Of a stretch of DNA of 64,000 nucleotides, positions 46,604 through 54,823 are shown piece after piece. This stretch comes from a virus. Both the position numbers and the translations under genes were made by a program. The stretch is taken from IMG/VR virus record IMGVR_UViG_3300047548_000930, positions 3,258 through 67,257 of that record; one strand, given 5' to 3'. The notes below the pieces were generated by a model. It made no database searches and was not told the origin of the DNA. It was given only the letters and a program-made list of their open reading frames with translations. Position 1 is the first letter of the stretch, and each line of letters starts with the position of its first letter.

Positions 46604-47413
46604 TTGGAGGGCGTAAGCCCGAGAAGGGCTACCCCTCATTTAAGGGAGCAAAGTTACTTGTCTAGAAAACCAAAGCGTTCATGGAACGAAGCAAAACCAA
46701 ACGAAAAAACTCGTAATAATGGTAATAGCAATGCAATAAACTTCAACGACTACAAAAAATTTAATAAGAAAATAGAATTAATTCCACGCAATCGAAGACA
46801 AGAAGATTACATTTACAATTTATTAAGTCCCGATTTAAGCATTGTATTTGCTACAGGACCAGCAGGTACTGGTAAAACAATGCTTGCTGTATTAGCAGCA
46901 ATTAAAGCCCTCAAAGAAGGTGACATTAAGAAAATAGTTGTAACACGCCCAGCAGTGGGTGTTGACGGTGAGAAGCATGGATTCTTACCAGGTGATCTTA
47001 ACCAGAAGATGGAACCATGGACACGTCCAATATTTGACGTACTACATGAACACTATACTCCAAAAGATACAGAGATGATGTTACAAGAACAGATTCTTGA
47101 AATTAGCCCACTAGCATTTATGCGTGGACGCACATTCAAAGATTCATACATTATTGCAGATGAAATGCAAAATGCAACACCAGGTCAAATGAAGATGTTG
47201 CTAACACGTTTAGGTGAAAACTCTCGCATGGTAGTAACTGGTGACGTTATGCAGGCTGATCGCAAAGGCGAAGATAACGGTCTACTAGACTTTGATCAAC
47301 TACTTCAAAAGTTTGGTGACAGTAAGTTTATTGGATGGACTGCATTTGGATACAAGGATATTGAACGTCATCCAGCAGTAGCAGAAGTCCTAAAGATTTA
47401 CGGCGACGAATAA
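46604..47413 (+). CDS. phoH: PhoH-like ATPase (true start probably TTG near 46658)
   Basis: GPAGTGKT, GFLPG, FMRGRTF, DEMQN, LTRLG and GD..Q.D. Confidence 0.95.
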   Translation: MEGVSPRRATPHLREQSYLSRKPKRSWNEAKPNEKTRNNGNSNAINFNDYKKFNKKIELIPRNRRQEDYIYNLLSPDLSIVFATGPAGTGKTMLAVLAAIKALKEGDIKKIVVTRPAVGVDGEKHGFLPGDLNQKMEPWTRPIFDVLHEHYTPKDTEMMLQEQILEISPLAFMRGRTFKDSYIIADEMQNATPGQMKMLLTRLGENSRMVVTGDVMQADRKGEDNGLLDFDQLLQKFGDSKFIGWTAFGYKDIERHPAVAEVLKIYGDE

Positions 47414-47430
47414 AGCAAGATAGGGAGAGG

Positions 47431-47664
47431 TTATTCCTCTCCCTTAGCTGCCTTTGTATCTACAATTTGATAATATTCAAATACACGTGCCATATCATCT
47501 AAACGTTCGTACATGGTTTGATTAATTGCCATGTTCATTGCTTGACACATTTTAACAGCACGTTCCCGTGGTGTGTCATTAGAGTCAATTGTAATTGTGA
47601 TTGGCTGTGTTTTTCCAATAGTTGTTAGCTTTGGTTTCTTTTTAAACGGCCACAATTTCATCAA
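47431..47664 (-). CDS. Hypothetical protein
   Basis: Last ORF of a minus-strand operon. Confidence 0.55.
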   Translation of the reverse strand: MMKLWPFKKKPKLTTIGKTQPITITIDSNDTPRERAVKMCQAMNMAINQTMYERLDDMARVFEYYQIVDTKAAKGEE

Positions 47665-48094
47665 ACCCTTCTTCTTTAGTTGGAGGTTGCAGTTGATTAA
47701 TCATGCTAATGATTACAGGTTCAGGAATAGTTTTACCTGGACGACCTGCAAGACGATCACGCAAATCTGGTGGAACAGTAAAGTATACTGCAACCTTCTT
47801 ATAACTCTTTGGAATGCGACTTAGTTTGCTCTTACGTGACTTGGCAGTTAGATTAGTTTGATCCCAAATAATGTCACGCTCGTTACGCACTGCTTGGAGA
47901 AGGTCTTTCTCCATTTGAGTATTTGCATTTCCAATAGCGTCTTGAAATACTTCGCTATAAGTTTTGCCCTGCTTTTCTGCCGCACGTTCAATATAATTGT
48001 CAGTGCTAAGAACTACAGCATCGTGATCGTTGTTTTTAATCCATGTAGACTTGCCAGATCCCGGCACTCCTACGAGCATATAAAGTGTTGGCAT
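47642..48094 (-). CDS. P-loop kinase (AAA_33, polynucleotide-kinase-like)
   Basis: GVPGSGKSTW, LSTD, WDQTN...R and PT.EEGFD. Confidence 0.85.
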   Translation of the reverse strand: MPTLYMLVGVPGSGKSTWIKNNDHDAVVLSTDNYIERAAEKQGKTYSEVFQDAIGNANTQMEKDLLQAVRNERDIIWDQTNLTAKSRKSKLSRIPKSYKKVAVYFTVPPDLRDRLAGRPGKTIPEPVIISMINQLQPPTKEEGFDEIVAV

Positions 48095-48324
48095 TAATCT
48101 ATATAATCCTCTATGATCCTAGGAGGTTTTCCGCCCCATCTTAATTCAAAATACACTCTATCTTTTTCATCTTCAAGAATAATTCCGGTTCTAACGCCGT
48201 TATAATCTGAAATTCTATAACGAACATTATGCTCAGCACACCATTCAGCAATCACCACTCCATTGAAATTGGTATACCAAATATTTGGTGGTGAAGTATG
48301 CATCTTATAAAAGAAAATTTCCAT
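48094..48324 (-). CDS. Small protein, F-x-L-x-W family
   Basis: EWCAEH...EDEKDRVYFELRWG. Confidence 0.7.
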   Translation of the reverse strand: MEIFFYKMHTSPPNIWYTNFNGVVIAEWCAEHNVRYRISDYNGVRTGIILEDEKDRVYFELRWGGKPPRIIEDYID

Positions 48325-48725
48325 TAATAGTTGTGCCTATAAAAACTTACGCTTTCACTATAGTAACCATTGCTACTACCATACCAACGGATATCAACGT
48401 ATCCTTTAATTGTACCTAGCTTATAAAAAGTCCAAGTCCAACTTTCGTCGTATGTGCTAAGTGGTTCGTTTGGCATTAGTGCATGTAATACTTTTGAATC
48501 TTTGGAAGCATCCCAGTAGTTGCTTGCTTCCTCTGCAAGTAATATTGGACTACCAATCAAATCATCAAGATCACCTGTAATACTTTCTATATAAACTTTC
48601 TCACAACAATCTTGATCATGCATTAAAATATAAACTCGATCTTGTGTGTAAAAACGAATTGTATCCTCGGTTGAATTTATTTTAATAAGCGTCTTACCGA
48701 GGAGAAATTCAAACGGTACACGCAT
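48324..48725 (-). CDS. Conserved phage hypothetical protein
   Basis: HDQDCCE, TWTFYKL and IRWYGSSNGYYSE. Confidence 0.75.
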   Translation of the reverse strand: MRVPFEFLLGKTLIKINSTEDTIRFYTQDRVYILMHDQDCCEKVYIESITGDLDDLIGSPILLAEEASNYWDASKDSKVLHALMPNEPLSTYDESWTWTFYKLGTIKGYVDIRWYGSSNGYYSESVSFYRHNY

Positions 48726-48726
48726 G

Positions 48727-49005
48727 TTACTTCTTTTCGTTTCTTAAAATATACATGGTAACCATGTTAGGGTCAAGTTTTACTGTTTCTGCTGGATAAG
48801 TGTTTGCATTAGACCTAGCCCCAATTTTGCAAATAGTAAGCATCTTAGGATTAAGCTTGATCACTTTTGCAATCATCATTGATCGTGGGCCGTAAGCAGC
48901 AGCAACATAATCTCCTGGGAAAATCTCTGTCCCAAGTATATCAAAATGCTGTATTACTTTACTTGTCTTTGCAGACGGCGTTAAACCAGTCATCTGGGTG
49001 TCCAT
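48727..49005 (-). CDS. Small SH3/KOW-like hypothetical protein (start uncertain)
   Basis: DILG.EI.PGD.V...KVIK.NPKM. Confidence 0.6.
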   Translation of the reverse strand: MDTQMTGLTPSAKTSKVIQHFDILGTEIFPGDYVAAAYGPRSMMIAKVIKLNPKMLTICKIGARSNANTYPAETVKLDPNMVTMYILRNEKK

Positions 49006-49207
49006 GTCCTTTTAAGAATCCTTCTGGTGTTACTTCAAGTTTACCGAGACGCACGCCTTTAGATTTCATGTCTTCCCAAATATCTTCTAAATCTTTTTCA
49101 AAAGCTGCCCAGCTTTCCCAAGGGAAATCTTCTGGAACATCATTGTCGTCTTGAAAATACTTTGTCATATACACTCCTGCTAATTTGTCCAATCTACTTC
49201 TTCCCAA
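48959..49207 (-). CDS. Hypothetical protein (start probably MTKYF)
   Basis: GGAG SD before the internal ATG. Confidence 0.55.
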   Translation of the reverse strand: MGRSRLDKLAGVYMTKYFQDDNDVPEDFPWESWAAFEKDLEDIWEDMKSKGVRLGKLEVTPEGFLKGHGHPDDWFNAVCKDK

Positions 49208-49509
49208 TTACAATTTTCTAATAGTTCAACTTGATCTGGATAGGTCTTAATCATTTTTTCGTAAATGGATGCAGTAGACATCCGCAAACCATAAGACTCA
49301 GGATTAACAACATAAACTGAACCAGAGGATCCGTAAAAACGCCAAGTATCATTGCTTACATCATATTCTGCTTTAGTAATGCCGCTGTTTAGGCGCCAAC
49401 TATCACCTTGCGTATAGCTACCAGCCCAACCACCAAGCACTTTATAAAGTACTTCTCCTTTGTGGTTCATTTTAAGAACTACCCAACTGTCGGGTTTATA
49501 TTCAGTCAT
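49180..49509 (-). CDS. Conserved T4-like hypothetical protein
   Basis: PDSWVV, GGWAGSY..GDSWRLNSGI and GSSGSVY. Confidence 0.75.
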   Translation of the reverse strand: MTEYKPDSWVVLKMNHKGEVLYKVLGGWAGSYTQGDSWRLNSGITKAEYDVSNDTWRFYGSSGSVYVVNPESYGLRMSTASIYEKMIKTYPDQVELLENCNWEEVDWTN

Positions 49510-49676
49510 TCTTCAATACCTAAATATCTAAACATAATTTTACGTGTGTTTGGATCAGTGTATTGACCACAATGCTGAATAATTAAACGAGCAAAAGTTT
49601 CTTCTTGTAAAGAAAGTTTTGTTTCTGATTGTCCTTTAAGGCCAGAAATTTTAGCAAGTTTTAAAAGTTCATCCAT
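49506..49676 (-). CDS. 56-aa hypothetical protein (not in ORF track)
   Basis: MDELLKLAK...FARLIIQHC...LGIEE; overlaps both neighbours (TAATG and ATGA). Confidence 0.65.
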   Translation of the reverse strand: MDELLKLAKISGLKGQSETKLSLQEETFARLIIQHCGQYTDPNTRKIMFRYLGIEE

Positions 49677-50053
49677 TATTGCTTCTCCTCAAACGGCGCA
49701 TCCTCAATTGGCACCCAACGCCCATCAACACGCCCTTCAACATTTAAATTAGCATCGTTCATAGCATTGTCAACCTTTTCCTCAATGGAGAGTTGGTCAC
49801 CCATACGCCGCGCCGTTTCTAATTTATGCCACAGTTTGAACTCTTTAGATTCAGCCATCTTCCTAAACGCGATGCGCTTATTTTCAGATTGATGTCTTGT
49901 TTCGGCACTTTCCCCTGTTGCTCCGCTTGCTCTGTGAACGCATCTTACTTTAGTAGAACGCTTATTAACATTTTGACCACCAGGTCCACCACTCTTAACA
50001 TATTGGAAATCGCAGTCATTTGCAGTAACACTGAAAAGCAATTCTCTTGTCAT
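49676..50053 (-). CDS. GGQ-domain peptidyl-tRNA hydrolase (release factor / ArfB-like)
   Basis: SGGPGGQNVNK..T.VR..H..SG and RHQSENK; start at ATG 50053. Confidence 0.88.
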   Translation of the reverse strand: MTRELLFSVTANDCDFQYVKSGGPGGQNVNKRSTKVRCVHRASGATGESAETRHQSENKRIAFRKMAESKEFKLWHKLETARRMGDQLSIEEKVDNAMNDANLNVEGRVDGRWVPIEDAPFEEKQ

Positions 50054-50817
50054 TTGTATCTTCCTCTTCGCCAATTCTGTTTAGTATAATTTGATAGTTC
50101 TTCCAAAGCAATTAGTTTATTTTCAACCCCATTTGTGATCCATGCTTTTTTACCCTTGCGTGGATTGTTTTTATGATATTCGCGCATCTTAGCAGCGTGG
50201 GCTAAATCTTTTTCTTTGCTATGACGAATTTTTGCCATTTGTTGCATATGATCTTTGCCTAGACTGGTATTACGACCAAGCGTCCATCCTTCATTAAGAT
50301 ACTTTTCAAGTTCATTAGGAGATATAGATAATTGTTCGTTTTCTCTTTTAATCCATTTCTTATTATGGTTTCCGCCTCGTTGATATGGTAAACCTTTATT
50401 CATAGTAATTGGATCAAAATCTTCTTTTTTAATATAGATGATATTTTCTATGTCATCTTTCATATGGCACCATATCTTACCATATGAAGCATTATATTCT
50501 CCTTTTGAATATTTAGATACAGTTGCCCTAAACACTTCGTATTTTCTTGAAGTTAATGCCTGCTCCTTAAATCTAATCAATGCTGAAATCATTTTATAAG
50601 TGTAGGTAGAGTAAACGCATCTAACTAAAAGCATATGAGCAATATAATGCTCTCGGTGTGTCAATAATACTAAATTTGTCTTTTCATTTGATCCGCCTAA
50701 TGATCTTGGAATGATGTGATGAGAATCAAACACTCCATTCTTTTTAGATCTACTTTTACTTTGCGCTGCTTGAATTAAATTCACATACCATTTGTAATAT
50801 TTGTTTGGAATAAACAT
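50050..50817 (-). mobile_element. Free-standing HNH homing endonuclease
   Basis: HHIIPRSLGGSN...NLVLLT.REH..AH; W-x-TNG...GW..GR C-terminal repeats; AT-rich. Confidence 0.85.
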
Positions 50818-50874
50818 AAGTTGTGTTCCTTTTTTGTCTATTATTTAGCATTTTAGACAAAAAAGTAATAAAAC

Positions 50875-51105
50875 TTATTTCATCACCTTTAATAAAAATA
50901 GCAAAGCAGCATCTTCGTTTTCAAATAGTAGATAGCGTTCACCGTGATAGCGTCCGTTGTCTTTAATTTCTATTTCAAACTTTGCGCCGTGTTTTACTAA
51001 TTCCTCATCAAGCGTTCTATAATTTGTTTCCCGGTGTGCTACTGCAAACCGTTCCCACCACTCCGGCACTTTTTCTCCAGGATTGAAGAGATGTAGTTTA
51101 TACAT
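50875..51105 (-). CDS. Small protein, F-x-L-x-W family
   Basis: FENEDAALLFLLK. Confidence 0.7.
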   Translation of the reverse strand: MYKLHLFNPGEKVPEWWERFAVAHRETNYRTLDEELVKHGAKFEIEIKDNGRYHGERYLLFENEDAALLFLLKVMK

Positions 51106-51587
51106 TATGGGTGCAGTGGATACTTGCTAACAAACTGTTCCAGATCCTTCTTGTAACCAAATACATAGGCTGCGGTCACTTCGTTACGATGACACAGGAA
51201 CTTACCATTTTCAAGATCAAACGGAATTTCAGTATGAACCTTAGAGTCGATAAGCCTAACAATTTCGCTGTCAACAATGTAAGGGTAAGTTGGATCAATT
51301 ACCAGTTCACCAACTCCACCTGCTTCACACCAATCAGCAACAGTATTAATAACTTCGTTCCACTTACCTTTTAGATTAATTTGTGTACCAAACCCAAAAG
51401 GCGTAGCAGCCATCCACTCATTAACACACTGACTAATAGGCTTATTAGCGTTACGCAGGGGCTGCACAACAGTCTTGTTAATAAAAGCGTTAGCAGCGTG
51501 GCCGCTATGAGCCTGCGCCTTTCCAGGATTCATACTGGGCAGGTCAGTGTTAACAAAAACATACAGAACAGGATAGTTATCGTTCAT
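51105..51587 (-). CDS. Peptidyl-tRNA hydrolase II (PTH2)-like protein
   Basis: DLPSMNPGKAQAHSGHA, D-P-T, T-x-AY.FG and terminal YPLHP. Confidence 0.72.
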   Translation of the reverse strand: MNDNYPVLYVFVNTDLPSMNPGKAQAHSGHAANAFINKTVVQPLRNANKPISQCVNEWMAATPFGFGTQINLKGKWNEVINTVADWCEAGGVGELVIDPTYPYIVDSEIVRLIDSKVHTEIPFDLENGKFLCHRNEVTAAYVFGYKKDLEQFVSKYPLHP

Positions 51588-51598
51588 TAGATTCTCCT

Positions 51599-51817
51599 TT
51601 AACTCCATCTTAACGCAAACATGGTTGCATCCTCATCGTTCTCGAACTGACATCCAGCCTTTGCACGCCAGCTGGGGATGATGTAGAACGCACCTTGGCA
51701 GTTAGCTTCACACCAAACTTGCAGCTGGAGATGGGTGTAGTTTTCCCTGTGTACGTGTACAGTGTGCAGCTTGGGCACTTTGAACCCACAATTATTCTCC
51801 ACATAAGTCACAGCCAT
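51599..51817 (-). CDS. Small protein, F-x-L-x-W family
   Basis: WCEANCQG...FENDEDATMFALRWS. Confidence 0.75.
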   Translation of the reverse strand: MAVTYVENNCGFKVPKLHTVHVHRENYTHLQLQVWCEANCQGAFYIIPSWRAKAGCQFENDEDATMFALRWS

Positions 51818-51990
51818 CACGACCACCTCAACAAATATAAAACTAAATCACCTTCATCCCTAAACCAAAAACAATTATCTCGATGAGTCCAACGAGGCCC
51901 TCTTGCTCCTAATTGACTCCTCATCCACCGATATCTTGGCCACCATTGCGAATGCAGTTTAGGCACGGATACATGATAGGGAAATTGCAT
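51817..51990 (-). CDS. 57-aa protein, F-x-L-x-W family (not in ORF track)
   Basis: MQFPYHV...WFRDEGDLVLYLLRWS; GGAGGA SD. Confidence 0.72.
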   Translation of the reverse strand: MQFPYHVSVPKLHSQWWPRYRWMRSQLGARGPRWTHRDNCFWFRDEGDLVLYLLRWS

Positions 51991-52002
51991 TAATATCCTC
52001 CA

Positions 52003-53166
52003 TCAAGTATCCGCGTCAAAAGAGTAACTCCAACCAATGCCGCCCCAAAGGTAGCGAGCGGCACTGATCTTAGTCTGAGAACCAATGTTCTTACGGATGA
52101 TGGTCAGCAAAGTTTCCTTTACATCACGCCCATCATACCAACCAAACACAATAGTCGTAAGGTGCGGATCACGGTGCTTCTGTTCAGGCATATACTGCAT
52201 TGCCCAAGTACGGCGATCTACTGCCTTAATGGAATCAATATAAGCCTCATACTGCCAAACAGTTTCCTTAACTCCAGCCCAAAACTTGTCCTGGAACTGT
52301 AGCAAGCGGTGCTGATCCTCGGTCTGCAAGAAAGGCAACACATCGTCAACACGTTCGTTAACAATGTAGTCAAGCACGTTCTTCTCGCGGGTGATTGCAT
52401 CCTTCGACTTGTGACGCAGCACATACCAATCAGCCTTAACCTTCAGCATGTGCCCGTCATCAAAACGGATTACAACACCTTCAGTATCCTCAAGTCCACG
52501 CACAACTTCAAGAATGTTTTCATCCTTGTAGTCATACGCCTTCACAAGCGGCATATCCCAGTACTCAGCATACTCGATCATCTTATCCCAAGACAGGTAA
52601 CGACCAGTCTCGTTGTTGCGGATAGCAGTAAGGATAAGACGATCCTCAGGGTAATCAAGCACAATACGGCTTGCACGGCTTACCCATTCAAAAATGGGAG
52701 TCCACCCACCCTTCAGCATGTACTCCGCAAACTCGCGATAGATTTGGAACTTTACAGTATGGGTCTCTGCCTGCATAGCAGTATCAGTTACACCCATTTT
52801 GGTCATCCAACGCACATGCCCCTTTACAATGCAGGGGGAAACCATGCTGCCGTCCAACTTGTCGAGGACAACATGGGGCTTGCTAAAGTCAACATGCTCA
52901 TAACGAGTTTCATCGCGCTCGTTAACGTTGAAGAACTTGTGGAAGCGGCGGTTGATAAGGTTGCCCTCAAGGTCAAACACAAGCCCACGGCATTCCCGAC
53001 GGATTGCAGCCTCAACGCTGTCAACAACGGGGAACGAGTCCTCCATCATAACAGCATAGTTAACGACCTGGTACCCGTCCTTCTTAGCCACAATGAACTC
53101 GTCCCGTCCTGCAACCGCAGGTAGTACATCGTCAATGTGCTTAATTACAGGAAAAGTGTAGTTCAT
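52003..53166 (-). CDS. RNA ligase 1 (T4 Rnl1-like)
   Basis: ECRGLVF, FHKFFNVNE, KLDGS, FEW, EGVVI and KVK..WY. Confidence 0.93.
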   Translation of the reverse strand: MNYTFPVIKHIDDVLPAVAGRDEFIVAKKDGYQVVNYAVMMEDSFPVVDSVEAAIRRECRGLVFDLEGNLINRRFHKFFNVNERDETRYEHVDFSKPHVVLDKLDGSMVSPCIVKGHVRWMTKMGVTDTAMQAETHTVKFQIYREFAEYMLKGGWTPIFEWVSRASRIVLDYPEDRLILTAIRNNETGRYLSWDKMIEYAEYWDMPLVKAYDYKDENILEVVRGLEDTEGVVIRFDDGHMLKVKADWYVLRHKSKDAITREKNVLDYIVNERVDDVLPFLQTEDQHRLLQFQDKFWAGVKETVWQYEAYIDSIKAVDRRTWAMQYMPEQKHRDPHLTTIVFGWYDGRDVKETLLTIIRKNIGSQTKISAARYLWGGIGWSYSFDADT

Positions 53167-53193
53167 TGGATTTCCCTTTTTCGTTATAATACA

Positions 53194-53221
53194 GTTATAG
53201 CACGGATTTAGGGAAAGTCAA
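53194..53221 (-). promoter_or_regulatory. Sigma70-type early promoter
   Basis: GGTTGACT-N16-TATAAC with an extended-10 TG. Confidence 0.65.
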
Positions 53222-53225
53222 CCGT

Positions 53226-53732
53226 TTAGATAGTCAAATTTGGCACTAAATCCGTGATCAACCTTGGCGTGTAATCCTGTACCTCAACGGAGCAGTTAAT
53301 GTGCCGTTCTGAAGGACTTGCTCGCTGATGAATATGACCATGAAGGTTCCAATGAACTTTATATAAAGAACTTTCATGCACAGGTACATGAGTTAGCAAG
53401 CAATTATATTCTGGGAACATGCGCCACATGCTAATCTTTTGAAAATACTTTTGTAGATTTTGAGACTTGCCATTATCATGGTTACCAAGAATGAGACGCT
53501 TGCGTCCTTTTAGACGAGGCAGCACTTCATGCCCTCTGCCAAAGTAGACGTCGCCCAGATGATACACAATGTCATCATCATTGACAGTTTTATTCCAACG
53601 ATCAATCATGTGCTCATTCATATCGTGAATGTCACTGAAATTGCGAATTAATTCGTTGGTATTACTGTCACGAAACTTTAGGATATTTTCGTGTCCAAAA
53701 TGTGTATCTGAGACTACAAATATTCTTGTCAT
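53226..53732 (-). CDS. Calcineurin-like metallophosphoesterase
   Basis: SDTHFGH, LGD, GNHD and HGHIH; TTGCAA-N16-TATACT promoter 6 nt before the ATG. Confidence 0.9.
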   Translation of the reverse strand: MTRIFVVSDTHFGHENILKFRDSNTNELIRNFSDIHDMNEHMIDRWNKTVNDDDIVYHLGDVYFGRGHEVLPRLKGRKRLILGNHDNGKSQNLQKYFQKISMWRMFPEYNCLLTHVPVHESSLYKVHWNLHGHIHQRASPSERHINCSVEVQDYTPRLITDLVPNLTI

Positions 53733-53749
53733 ACTTGTAGTATAGCACG

Positions 53750-54784
53750 TTATGAATTATTTGCAAATAATTGTTGGACCATCTTGGCACCTTGAGCAAT
53801 TGACTTCTTGTCTGCTTCGGCACGTGCCTTTGCTTCTGGTGTCTCAGCCTTATCACGCTTTGGTGCATCAATTGCACCTTGTGCCTTTTTCATATAGATC
53901 TCAACGAACTTGTTTAAAAAGTCCTCTGCATTGAGGTATGGTGTAAGTATTCCCTTACCATACATATTGTTCATTTCAAAACTTCTTGCCATACCTTTTA
54001 CGGCATTAACAAGATTTCTAATCTTTACTTCCTTAAGGTCACTGCCAGGATGCTTCTCCAATAGCGGATCTATCTTTGCATTCTTTGGATCACGGAATGT
54101 AATCTCTTTATACTCGTTATCAAATATATCACGCACAAATGTTTCAACATTAGTTGTGATAGTTTTTAGTTCGTAATCTTTTTTAGTTGCAGCATATGGC
54201 ACACGACGACCATTTTGCTCTTTATACTGCACTCCTGAATGTTGCAAGTTAAGCATAAGCATTTCGCCAATAACAGCAAACATATTGCCATTAAGCATAC
54301 CTTTAACACCACGCTCAGGTGTTGCTCTATATCGTCCCCAAGTAGCAAGTGGTTCTGGATGAGGCATTATATCAATTTGTACCCATGCATCACCTCCAAT
54401 ATTTAGAATTGGATGTCCAGGGGTTGATTCAGGATGTACGTAACTTGGATTAGTTGCTTTGGCAAACTCGCCAAATTGCTTATTCCAAAAATATTGTATT
54501 TGCCCAGTAGTCATATTTGGTTTGTCTTTTAATTCAGGTACGACAATTTGTAAATCAATATCACCATAAATTTTATCTTCTGGATCTACATCGTGATAAG
54601 CACTGCTACCTGTTGGATGCCCTATCTTAACACTCGGGATACCTGTTTGTTTGGCATAGACATTAAAATCAGCAATAAACTTTTCCATTATTGCCAGAGC
54701 TTTTTTGACGGTACTTGGATGAATAACAGTACCTTGTGTTACAGTAGTGGTCCAGCCACCCTCAAATAATTCATGAATACGCAT
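53750..54784 (-). CDS. Pol-beta-type nucleotidyltransferase with MRIHELFE leader
   Basis: TGSS...GDIDL...VQID..., GVKG; resembles the first domain of the 2073-aa protein. Confidence 0.7.
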   Translation of the reverse strand: MRIHELFEGGWTTTVTQGTVIHPSTVKKALAIMEKFIADFNVYAKQTGIPSVKIGHPTGSSAYHDVDPEDKIYGDIDLQIVVPELKDKPNMTTGQIQYFWNKQFGEFAKATNPSYVHPESTPGHPILNIGGDAWVQIDIMPHPEPLATWGRYRATPERGVKGMLNGNMFAVIGEMLMLNLQHSGVQYKEQNGRRVPYAATKKDYELKTITTNVETFVRDIFDNEYKEITFRDPKNAKIDPLLEKHPGSDLKEVKIRNLVNAVKGMARSFEMNNMYGKGILTPYLNAEDFLNKFVEIYMKKAQGAIDAPKRDKAETPEAKARAEADKKSIAQGAKMVQQLFANNS

Positions 54785-54789
54785 GTGTG

Positions 54790-54818
54790 TATTTACCCGT
54801 TTTTAATAGAATTAAATA
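54790..54818. promoter_or_regulatory. Back-to-back late promoters, each 5 nt from an ATG
   Basis: Minus-strand TAAATA at 54790-54795 before ATG 54784; plus-strand TAAATA at 54813-54818 before ATG 54824. Confidence 0.7.
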
Positions 54819-54823
54819 TCATT

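Noticed and set aside
52309-53124. 271-aa plus-strand ORF
   Set aside because: Antisense shadow of the RNA ligase gene caused by codon bias; no SD or recognisable motifs.
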